A DNA stretch of 62,412 nt, filler included, from Dugesia japonica (lineage: Eukaryota), in NCBI GenBank assembly GCA_001938525.1. It is 4 parts of 4 records of this genome, joined end to end, with 100 filler letters (N's around TTAATTAATTAA, not from the genome) between each part and the next. Parts side by side here need not be neighbours in the genome. Positions count along the whole stretch, not along the records: positions 45,187 to 62,412 come from MQRL01583440.1; 3 more parts are not named here. The stretch is one strand, 5' to 3'. This document shows, piece by piece, positions 51,179-62,412 of this stretch. The notes beneath the pieces were generated by a model. The model was not told the origin of the DNA, searched no databases, and saw nothing but the letters and a program-made list of their open reading frames with translations. The translations under genes and the position numbers were made by a program. Numbering within the stretch: the first letter of the stretch is position 1; every line of letters begins with the position of its first letter.

Positions 51179-51399
51179 AATGTATAGGTAATGAATTTAT
51201 TTGAACCTATTAAAAATGATTTTATTATATACAAATCAAACGAAGAATCTAAAAGAATTTACGTATTCCAACTAGATTTTATTAAACGGACATATATTGA
51301 ACTGACATTATTAACTGTTTGTTATTATACATAATAAATTTTCTCAAATGAGATTAGTGTCTTTATTTATAATTTTATTTTAATATTGTGAGCGATTAA

Positions 51400-51960
51400 T
51401 GCTAGTGTTAATATTACCATAAAAAATAAATATTAATAGGCCTGTGAACATCTAATGGCTGGAGCATTAAATAGTTTGTTCAGGGATCATCTAATGTCGG
51501 TTACAACCAAGAGTTCGTACCCATAGACATCTCATAGTTTGTACCCTTTAACAACTAATGTTACCAACCAACATCTCATTGTATGAACACAGAAACATCC
51601 ATTAGTATAGAACTTTAGCAATTAATGTTAATATTGCCCGGGGAATATTTAATGTTAATGTTGCCCGGGGGAATATTTTATGTTAATATTGTCGGGGAAA
51701 ATCACATTCCATAAATTCTTTTAATTTAAACAAACATAAGCTTTTCAAAAACTTTTCCATAAAGATACTCGAAATTAATAATTTCATTAAATATAAGCAA
51801 ATAATCATTTATTTCCATAAATTTAAACAAAGAATCATTAAAGCACTCAATTTAAACAAAACAAATAATTTGAACTCATTTCAACAAAAAAACCATAAAA
51901 AACAGTATGTGGCAGTGCGCTGCTGGGGAAAAAAGTATTTGCTGCAGTGCGCTACTATCT
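51400..51960. repeat. Right TIR region of element B with aatattgcccgggg repeats
   Basis: Three aatrttgyccgggg-like units at 51628-51700; terminal gcgctactatCT. Confidence 0.65.
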
Positions 51961-53439
51961 TTCTTAACTGATTCACTTCGTTCTTAAAATAATTAAACTT
52001 AATAGGATCATGTCCATTAACTGGTTCTTTATTTATAAAGAGGTGATTGTTATTTTTAAATGAATTTTTTTGCCTCTTCAGTCTTTGAAACGGTTGAAGC
52101 AATTTCCAATGCAATTCCTGCTGTGTACTTCCAATCTGGAAATATTGATTGGATCAATGCTGCTAATGGCAAAAGACCGCTTTTTTACCAACTCAATTAT
52201 GCTGACCATTTATTTTTATTGATATCGTCTTTCACATGTAATTCATTTGAATAATCTTTCTTCAATTGCTTCAAAGGCAAGCTTCGATACATTACTTTCA
52301 GTTCCTGAAATGTTTAATAAAAGTATTTTTATACAAATGTTTAATATATTATGTAAGGCATATATACCTCGGAATTATCTAAATTCTTACTAAACATAAT
52401 AAAGAAGTATTTTTAATATTTATTAAACAACAATTGTCAGGAGTTTTATTTGATTATTTTTAAGTTTTTGATAATTAGAAAATTATTAAGAAAATGTGTT
52501 TAAATAATTAAGTTGTTTAAATATTGAGTTCAGAAAAGTAGAATTAAAAAACGTTTTCATTTCAATTTCGAATCAAAGTTGAAAAAAAAGGTATCAAATT
52601 GCTTTTATATAATTATTTTTTTTCTAGCTATATTAGAGGTTTAAATGAATAAGTATGTTTGCTCAGAACCTAACATGGTGACAGTATTACTGTGATAGTA
52701 TATGGTGATAGTATTACAGGCCGTTTTTTGTCGGGTATCTACAGAAGACACAATTATCGAATTTGTTTATGCAACTGCGAAATGTTTTTTGGAGTCAAAT
52801 GGAATACACAATAATGAGATCAGGAACGTTTGGTAATACACCAAAATGATTTACCCACAAATTCTAATAAAATTGAAATATCTTGGAGTTAATAATAATA
52901 GAAAACTTTCTACCAAATTTGAACAAGAGTTATCGTTTAGTTTACAAGATAGAGATTTAAAGTTAAAAGATTTTAACATTGGTTCTTATGTGAGAAACTC
53001 GGGCATTAATGCAGATTACATGCGTTTTAACCCAAACATTTCGATGAAACTTACATGCATAAAGTTTAATATTTTATAAATATGTGTGCACAGGCCAGAA
53101 ATTATTGACCATAAAATTAAATAATATGCTTTAAATACGTATAATAATAGTAACCGTCATTTTCATAGATTTTATCATTTTATATTTGTAGGAGCAACGC
53201 TTGTCAAGTAATATCTTAACATTAATAATGTTACAAATAATCTTTTTTTTTATTTACAAGTCTATAATATACTTACAAATTTTACCTTTTTAATTAATAA
53301 GCAGTAGATTTAAACCATCATGAACATAATAAAGGTTGGACAATTAGTATTTTTTCAATAAAATATTTGTCGCCTGCCATCCCAAGACGTGCTTTAATTG
53401 ATTTTAATGAATAAACAATTAACATTTTGTCATTTAAAA

Positions 53440-53512
53440 CCAATGTAAAATGTCTGTTAGTATTCGCGAAGCTCATGGAGAGGGTGTGGCATTGCATCAA
53501 TATCTACCTACT
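53440..53512. mobile_element. Polinton-like terminus
   Basis: Ends atatctacctACT (reverse complement AGTAGGTAGATA). Confidence 0.45.
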
Positions 53513-53941
53513 ATTAGTATTTGATATGATTGTCTACATAATAGCGGTTGAATTACGAACAAATGAATTATAAACCATATTTATGAAATTTCATTTTTAA
53601 CCCACATTTGATTCCAAAAATTCCAATATACTAAATAAATTTAAAAAATTAATTGAAAATAATAAAAAAAAAGTTTTAATAATTAATATTTTTAATAAAT
53701 GAATTTTTATCACTCTGCTGAAAGTATAATATGTGTTAAATATCATTAAAATACAAATCTGATAATACTTTATTGGAATCTAATTGGCTATCTGTAATAT
53801 AACAAAAATCATTTAAAACTTACTAAAAGTGCTTATATTATAGAGAAAAGTTAGAAATAAAGCAGCAAGCAAAGATTTATATTAAAGATAAGATTAAAAA
53901 CTTACTAAACTTTTAACGTTGTATTTTTGAATAAATTTTAG

Positions 53942-54036
53942 GTATTTCTCCTGGCTGCAAAGATACTTATTTACATGAATATGACTGCCAGTGGATTGAT
54001 ATTACAGAAATTACTCCAGGAACATATACATTTCAA
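53942..54036 (+). CDS. Lysyl oxidase (LOX/LOXL) catalytic-domain exon
   Basis: (G)[31 protein letters not shown] between ag and gt; matches GxSPGCxDTY...DCQWIDIT. Confidence 0.9.
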
Positions 54037-54532
54037 GTAAAATCATTTTATAAATTTTAAGAATGTTTGTAGGTAAATAGGTCAGCATTGGCACAGGTCC
54101 CACTACCCACACCACTACCTAGCGAAAACACAACACTGCTTTTGATTTTTGGTATAAATTATCGTGGATTTTGAATTTTTAGAATTTTGATCGGATCAAA
54201 TTTTATTTTATTTTTGTTTTGAATAATGGATAACTTTTAATTTTTCAGTGGGTGGCGCAAAATATGAATCTTGTCTCCGGGCACCAAACACAGTAGCTAT
54301 TTTTTATGTAACTTTATCTAATATATGCCGTTTTNAATTCTGAGTTGAATGGTATCAAAAGATTTATGAAATATTATCATTATATTTTATCTCGAGAAAA
54401 ATACATTTTTCAATAGTGTTCATTTAGATTATGTATAAGTAACTTTTATTCTGAGTCGAATGATAACAAAATAATATCATTATATTATCATTATATATTA
54501 TCTTTTAAAGGAAGCGTTTTTTTGATTTAGAC

Positions 54533-56922
54533 CAGAGGTGCGCAAACTTTTCCGATCGTGGCCCCAGTTTTTAAATGAGGAAATTATTCAACCCCACTGG
54601 TATTTTTTGGTAGTATAGCAAAACCCGTTAAAAACTTTTGCAAATGTTATAAATCAAAAACATTTTTTAAAGCTAGGTTTGAGTATAAATATATTTATTA
54701 AAAAATAAAAATTAACATTAATTCACAATTATAAGCTTTTAAATTTTAAAATAAATAAATATTAACAGCTATAAGAATTAGACAAAATTTAAAATTTAAA
54801 GTCAACAATAATTTAAAATTACAAGCATTTTTAAAATATAATTAATGAGAAGGGTGGACTTTTATTTCGTGCAATATTTGCTCAATATTTGGTGAAATAT
54901 CTGATAGTGCTAATCTTATATCATCTTCAGGATTGTGTCTTGATCGCTGTTTAGTTTTGATAGCAGCTAGTTTTGAAAACCCGGTCTCACACAAATATGT
55001 AGAGGCAAATTGGTGCAATGTTAGTTTAGCTTTTACCAATAAATGTGGATATTTGTTTCGAAGAGACATCCAAACTTGGCACAAGATGAAGTATTAAAAC
55101 AAATACCTAATGTTTCATCAGTAGATATGTCGATAAGATGTTTTTTATCGATAGTATTAATTTCTGAACTTGAAAAAATTAAAAATGAAAACGGATCTCG
55201 AATCCAGCGCAACTCGGTTTTCTTCAAAACTTAGAATCGTTTAGAAAAGTTTTCCATTAGCCTTGTTATATGGGTAATAGTCATAATCTTTGTTTCTTGA
55301 AAATCTATATTATTATTAATAACAAACTTAGACACACCTGGAGATACTTCAATATTGTTATCTTCAATTTCACCTTTTCAAGTTTTTTTTAAAAGCCTCT
55401 ATTTTATCACCAAGAACTAATATATTTGTTTCTCTCCCCTGTAAGTTCAAATTCAAATCATTAAATTTTTCAAATATGTCAACAAAATAACAAAGATTTT
55501 GAACCCATTTTTTGTTTTTAAATAATTGGAGAAAGATAAAGATTTTTATCGGATAAAAACAATAAACCTCATCTTTGAGATCAAAAAGACGTCGCAATAT
55601 TTTACTTCAAGAAAGCTATCTTACTTCGGTATGTAAAAGAAGAGTTTTATAGCTAGAAGCCATCTCGTTGCAAAGTATAATAAAGAGTCTGCTATTTAGG
55701 CTTCTACTTTTTTAAAGTTAATCACGCTAACTGCATCATTTAATACTGCACATAAATCTTCCTGCATTTCTTTTGCTACTAATGCTTCTCTATGTATCAT
55801 ACAATGATTGAAAATTTTATCTGTTGCAATTTATTTTATTATACCTTTCAGCTTTTTTTTAATATCCAGCTACACCATCAGTACAAATAGAAACACAATT
55901 GGACCATGACAGTTTGTTTTACTTTAAAAAGTTATCAAGAAGCTCAAAGATTTTCTCACCAGTTATTCTTTCCACTAGAACCTTGCAAAATAGAAATTCT
56001 TCACAAATATCACCTGCGTGATTTGAGCAAAATTTGAAATATCTGTAAATTTATCTAATTGTATTGCAAAAACTTTACTATCATACAAACGGCTATGCAA
56101 AATTAATTTTAAATTCATCATGATACTAGTAATACGCCGTGAAACTATGTTTCTTGATAGAGAAATACTTTTTATACCGTTAGTATATGTTTCTCCATGC
56201 ATAATCGACACCATTTTTAATGCAGCAGGGAGAACAAAATATTCTCCAATGACGTGTGGCTTCATATTTTTTCCTATTAGTTACGATGCTTCCAAAGATG
56301 CCTTCAAAGCTTTTTGTGGAACTGTTATATGTTTCAATATAAAGGTTTTTTTGCTTTGTATATTACTGGCACATCTTTGAAAATAAGATTTATCCTTATT
56401 AATTAACTCGGGATGATTCGATTATAAATGTCTTTTTATTTTAACCGGCTTCATACTTTCGCTGGCTAGTTTTTCAGAACATATTACAAATAATGGACGT
56501 TGCTTATCATTGATAACGGTGTAAGTAAATCCATATTTCTGATTGAATTCCCTTTGAAGTATCAGTGTTTAAACTCTCCAATGATATTTTTCGAACTTTG
56601 CCGGGCTTTACAGCTTCAGAATCAGCAATTTCACTTTCATTTTGTTCTCACTACCCACTTATCCATAATTAGGGATTTTTTATCAAAATAAAGAAAATAA
56701 TTTACAATAAATGATTATTAATGATTATAAATAAATATTAATGATTAATATATATGTGAAAGAAAGATAATTCAGTACAATTTCTGTCATATTTTACTGA
56801 TTTTCAGTGAGATGTTCAATGACTTCTCTGGTCTGTTTAACGATAATTAATGTAACATGATTACATTAATTTTTTTTGCGACCCGCAAAAAATGTTACCG
56901 ATCCACACTTTGCGCTTCACGG
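54533..56922 (-). mobile_element. hAT (Buster/Charlie, ZBED5/SCAND3-like) transposon, degenerate, near full length
   Basis: ESMKPVKIKRHL, KPHVIGE, FAIQLD, HCMIHREAL, FASTYLCETGFS, QVHPSH-like end; TIR cagaggtgcgcaaact; flanks ATTTAGAC/CTTTAAAC. Confidence 0.92.
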
Positions 56923-56989
56923 CTTTAAACAATACATATGTAACTTTTTATTCTGAGTAGAATGGTAATAAACCTAATGAAAATTATAC

Positions 56990-58600
56990 CGGTTTATTAC
57001 ATTAATATTGCTCGGGGAGTAGCTATATTTTAATAAACTAATTTAATTTATTGGGTTTTACGAGGTTTTAATGGAATTGTTTTAAAATTTTATTATGTTA
57101 CCCGTGTATCATTTGTTTTAATAAATTATTACCTAATGTGTTTTAGATAAACTAGATGTGTTCCATAAAACAAGAGAAACACTAAAGAATTTCATTAAAA
57201 CCTTGACAAAACCCAATAAATTAAATTAATTCAAGTAATATGATTGAAATATAGCTAATTAAGTTAAGAAAAATTAAGCTAAGTAAAATTGAATTAAGTT
57301 TGTAAATGTTTAAACTAAGTTTGAAAATATTTAGGATAAGTTTGAGATATTTAAATTTACTTGTAAACCTTGTAAACCTTTTTTACCCATACACTAATTA
57401 AATTAATAAACTAAATATTATTTAACTTAACTATTAAACTTAATTATTAAACTTAATACTAATCAAAAATCAAATACGTTAAAAATTAGTTTTATAATGG
57501 GGTGCATCCAATATTAATATTGCTCGGGGGACATTAAAATTAATATTGATCGTTGTACCATTCATCATTAACTTTAATTTTACTCGGGAGAATATTCAAC
57601 ATTAATATTGTTCGGGGGAACATCTAATATCATAGGAAAATTATGTCTTTGTGTATATGATTTTAAAAATTTTTAAAAAAGTCTAATCTTAATTCTAACC
57701 CTAAAAAACACTTATAAAACCATATATGTCTTTATGGAATTATATAAATTTATTTTGCATTTTATTAAAAATTTCTATGGATTTATAAAATAACTAAGGG
57801 TTTGGGTTAGGGTTAGTATATCACTTTACATTTAATCACATTAAATTCTAAGACTGTATGTAAACCTTCTTAATCAACTATAGTACATCACACTAAAATT
57901 GTATTTCATTCACATAAATTTTTACTCTACTCATGAAAAGTAAACGTTCAATTATGAAAGAACGCGATTGAATCCTAATGGATCTTGATGGATACATTTA
58001 TACAGACTGTACATGTTGGAGGAGATAAAGTAATGTCATGGAATGAAAACAAGACTGTTATTGAAACATTGTATGAAAATAATTTTTAATGATATTATTG
58101 ATAATAATTTTATTTAGAATACAAATAATTTACAGATTTCATTAATTATACTATGACAAAGAATTTTTTCCTTAAATATATAAATATTAACAATGACTTT
58201 CCTCAAGAGAGCAACCGTTTCCTCGGGTGAGCAGCTAGTATTAATGTGCCAGGAAACTTAGCTTAACTATCTCAAATTTGAATATTTTGGTGAATTTAAA
58301 TAAAAATAGGCTTTTTCACTAATTGTCCATCAGGAAACTCATTAGAAAATCATTTATTTCACTTAATTTAAACAAACATCTCATGTAAATCTTTAAATAT
58401 TAATGTTACAGTTGAGCACTAATGGCAATATTAATATTGCCCGACTCTGCCAATATTAAACATAAATATTTCCCGGCTCGATTAATCTTAATATTAATAT
58501 TACCCGGAGCGAGAAACGTTAATATTTCCTGAATCCTTCTAATGCTAATATTGCCCTGGAAGAAATTCATTAAAAATTAAAAATGCTAATTATTTTAAAC
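56990..58600. repeat. Dispersed attaatattgc(t/c)cggg units, likely TIR debris of the element B family
   Basis: Same motif as 51628-51700 at ~57000, 57510-57620 and 58430-58560. Confidence 0.55.
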
Positions 58601-58649
58601 AAAAATTAGATTTTTTACCGATTTTCCGTGGATGGCATAAGCTTCAACG

Positions 58650-59200
58650 CCTGGATTTAGAAAAACAATCAAAATAAATAATGACTTCATTGAAGGGTTA
58701 CTCAATAAAGAAATCGTTTATTTGGTCTGACCAAGTTATATTGGACAAAAAGTGCTTGACTTAAGTAAGTTGAAAATGTACCAACTACAATGCACTGCGT
58801 TGGAAAATGATAGGAAACATAAAAATTGTGAGATCAATATGGTTTCTGGAAATACGGGTAGCTGTTTTTAGAAGTAGTAAAACATTAAGTTGGAAAAGCT
58901 ATCTGAATCAATGGTAAGAAAGAAATTATTATATGCTTCAAACTATAGCACAAGTCACACATTATATAATAACAACTTTAGTAGTAGGGATATTCAAAAA
59001 TGAGAATAAAGAAAAAGAATATAAGAAATGGGTTTTTCTGAGATCGAAACGTTAGTTTCTTTAGTAAAACTGATAGTACGAAGGCTGAAGGAGTAAGATT
59101 AAAAGAATCCAACTTAACATATCAGTCGTATCTTGACTTTTATAACAAGCATCCATCGGTCTCAGTGAACTAGTTTAGGATTAAAACAAATAACATTAGT
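58650..59200 (+). pseudogene. pPolB C-terminal remnant
   Basis: PSYIGQKVLDLSKLKMYQ, IFKNENK, KWVFLRSK, KAEGVRLK; paralogue of 50515-51100. Confidence 0.85.
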
Positions 59201-60480
59201 TTACCATTTGGGTATCTTTTAATCTCGTAATGAATAAAACTGTATTCAAGCATATGTGCAGAAACCCACTAACTAGCCAGCATTATCACATTGCTATTTT
59301 CTTATCTTGCCATTAAATTCAACGAGACCGCACTACAATTGTAGTAAAATAATTATTTCTGTCTTCACTAACACACAACGATTTGCTCTCCCTATTTATC
59401 AGCAGAAATAACCACGTTAAAAAGATAATATGAAAACGTCTCAATTAAACTTACGGTTAATTTTCCTCCCATCAATTCTTAACTGATGAAAATCAAAATA
59501 ATGCTCATTAGGCCGACTAAAACGAGTTGTATCACCAGCACCTCAAATTTAATGTTATTAACCCTAAAATTATATAGTCGAAAATACACACTAAAAAATT
59601 ACAGACACAATGTTAATAGCTTTAGAAGCATATAAAACCTTGAGAAACATTAACTTACCGATATTTGTTTTTCATCATCACCGTTGCAAAAATTCCAATA
59701 AAGAAGTAAGGATGTATCGAATTATAATTGATAATATTATTATAATTATATAAAGGGGAGTCATTGAGATATTTCTATTATCAAATATGAGTATGAAACG
59801 TTTTGAAAATTACTTCATAAGTGAGTAAATTTACTTTTAAATATCATAAAAGCATGGAACTTTTCCATAAAAAAATTAGCTAGGAACCTTTCTTTACAAA
59901 ATGATATAAGCATAAAACTTTACTATAAAAATCATAATAGTGTGGAATTTTTTCATATATATATATATATATATATAAACTTATAAGTAAATATTTTTAT
60001 GAATTTATAGGTGTTTTTAGTGTATTATTTGCACAGCAAACGTGTAATATAAGGTTGATGAGTGTTTATGGTTTATGAGTGTATTATTTACATAATAACA
60101 GTGTAATATTAACATACTAACAGTGAATTATTGGGTTTATGAGTATATAGGGTTTATGAGTGTGGAAAATGTTAATAAATATATCTAGGATTTTTTTTAA
60201 AAAAAAACTAAAATTATATTCTTGTAGAACGAAATAATTTGATGCAAACCCATTAGTCTTAAATAATCCCGTTAATTTCATTAATTCTAATAAAAAATAC
60301 ATAATTTATTTTAACGGATCAATTAAATTAACTCCATCAAAGCCCAATGTTCTTCATTATTTCAATAATTATGTTATTATTTCATCACAATTTCAAAATT
60401 ATTTTATAAAAAATTATTTTATATTAGAACAAAGAAAAAGTAAAATTATTATTTTGTTTTTTAATTATTAATTTTTTTAG

Positions 60481-60953
60481 GTTATTATGATTGAACTTAA
60501 TGCATGTTTATTAATAAGCTACAATAAGTTTCAATTGTTTCAATATTATCATCTCGAAAATAAAGACTATGTTAAAAACCTAATAAAGAAGAATTTGTTG
60601 GATACAATTACACAACTATTATATATTGTGAATGATATCAGTAAAATTGGTTATAATTTAATAGTTTCAGAAGTGAAAGAAACGGAAAATAAACATTTAG
60701 CGCTATGTTGTGCCCAATCGCTTTATCTAATAAATGTTTTTAGAGGCAAGAGAGGACGAACTCTTTATGATAAAAATGAAGAAATTATACTATTAAACAA
60801 GTCGCAATCAATTTAGCGTAGCATTTTGCCAAATTAAATTTTGATTTCATAGTTAATAAAGAATGTGAAAGAGAAGAAGAAAAACTATATGTCGATTCAT
60901 TACTTTCATTGACTATTGGACCTGATAATTATCAGTCAATTAAATATATACAG
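60481..60953 (+). other. Exon-like block of an unidentified host gene (frameshift/stop near 60816)
   Basis: tttttag acceptor, 111 open codons, second frame HFAKLNFDF...SIKYIQ ending at cag|gtaa. Confidence 0.4.
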
Positions 60954-61013
60954 GTAAAATATTTTATAGAAAACAAATTTAACAGAAGTATGGAGAAGTA
61001 TGTACATAAAGTA

Positions 61014-61232
61014 TGTTCGCCAGTTACAATACCATCTTGACACATTAGATAATAACAAGCTTTTCAAATATTTATTATAAAATAATTAATTAATATTTAA
61101 ACAATATTGTCTTATTGTTACTATATAACAATAAGATAATATTGTTTAAATATTCATTAATTATTTTATAATAAATATTTGAAAAGCTTGTTATTATCTA
61201 ATGTGTCTAGATGGTATTGTAACTGGCGAACA
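61014..61232. repeat. Near-perfect 219-bp palindrome
   Basis: ~107-bp arms, 3 mismatches by eye, ~5-nt centre. Confidence 0.92.
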
Positions 61233-62412
61233 CGCCGAAATAACAGTTCTCACAAAGAGTCAGCAGCAGATGAAAATTGTAGAATCATTGCCAAAGAATT
61301 TTCAAGAAACAATTTGTCCAATAATAAAAAAGTTTTTTGGCTAAAAGGAAGAAGATGCGAAGGAGTGGCTATAATCAATTGAAGATTTTGTAACCATCAA
61401 TTCTTAAAATTTATCTACAACATTCGATTTATTGCTGCACGTTGACACGAAGGAATTATGGATAGCCTTTAAAGAAAAAATAAAGATTCCCTCATATGAA
61501 AATACAAGAAATTAGTATAGTTCAGAGTACATCAAGTCGAAAACATTTTTGCAAAATATCGACGATTTGAGCCATGTTAATCAACGATCAAATGAGGTAT
61601 GAGAATTTTGCAGTTAGAGTGAAGAAGTTGATAAGAGAAGTTTTGTCGGTGAAGCAAACAGAAGACATGGTCGTGAAGGATATAATTTCAAAACGAATGT
61701 GCTCCGGCAAAGTAAAAGAGTCAATCGCAATGAACCCAGATATGTCCTTGGAAGAAATTGAGAAATTGACGATAAATTTTGAAATTTCAATGAGTATTGA
61801 AGAAAAGTCAGAATTTATTGCAATGGGATATAGCAAACGAGAATATAGGCCAACATACGCAGCAGTAACATGTATTAAAAGACCAATTAGACACAATATA
61901 CCACAAGTAATCAAACTATTGGTAAATAAACAAAGGAGACAGTATTCCAACTCAAATAGAGATCAGCAGATTTCAGAGAGAAGACAACATGTGGAGAGAT
62001 CGAGAAAATACGATAAGCCCCCAAAGAACTATGATTTCCATGAAGCATATAGCAAGAAGAGTATATAACAGAGCGAAAGGGTTACCTGAGCCCGAATTAA
62101 GACGACTTCAACCAGGGGAATGTTATTGTTGTGGTGAGTCCGGTCATAAACAACTGTTCATTGATTAAGTGTTGTTAGATATGAGGTAAAGACAATCATT
62201 TTTTTAATAATTGTAGCTTATTGCAAAATAACAGTGTATTCATGAAGAAAATAATTCAGGCGATCTAGCATATAGTTATGATGATATGAAACATGATGAA
62301 AGCAGAGATTTCAAATAGAAAGAGATTGGAGCTATTATATATGATCAAAACACAAACAGACAAGATCATAATTTAAACGACAGACGCTCCACGGCATACA
62401 TTTCGTCTGTGG
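61224..62412 (+). mobile_element. Gypsy element 4, PBS-like site and gag remnant
   Basis: TGGCGAACA PBS-like; gag-like ORF; CYCCGESGH zinc knuckle at ~62121. Confidence 0.7.

Larger units (their letters stand above)
46770..51960. mobile_element. Polinton element B: accessory gene, TBP-like, ATPase, Lys-rich, small basic, pPolB, right TIR
   Basis: Gene remnants listed below; ends gcagtgcgctactatCT at 51960. Confidence 0.9.

Noticed and set aside
57795-57816. Telomeric TTAGGG tract
   Set aside because: Only one exact unit plus variants
58205-58239. Helitron 3' end (hairpin + CTAG)
   Set aside because: Hairpin weak; no Rep/helicase or 5' end found

Overview
AT-rich eukaryotic (animal-like) DNA with very short GT-AG introns. 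It is four pieces joined by an artificial 100-nt spacer (44 N + TTAATTAATTAA + 44 N at 17648-17747, 30719-30818, 45087-45186), so adjacency across spacers is not real linkage. Most of it is decayed mobile DNA: four Ty3/Gypsy fragments, several hAT and Tc1/mariner relics, and many Polinton/Maverick (adintovirus-like) fragments. Together the Polinton pieces supply integrase, protein-primed PolB (three remnants), FtsK-like packaging ATPase, major and minor capsid and adenain-like protease, plus about eight AG...CT termini. One 6.3-kb copy has ~1.1-kb TIRs and a perfect 6-bp TSD inside a Gypsy integrase. Host exons are sparse: two CLCA-like exons, one lysyl-oxidase exon and an unidentified exon-like block. 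Main finding: these Polintons appear to carry a transcription/chromatin module. It includes a compact TATA-binding-protein homologue (two diverged copies, one head-to-head with the ATPase), intact spliced microgenes (one begins MLLRNGK, like the LANA/IL-33 nucleosome-binding motif) and a terminal array of ten AP-1 (TGACTCA) sites. All calls come from manual translation and motif recognition; no database searches were run.
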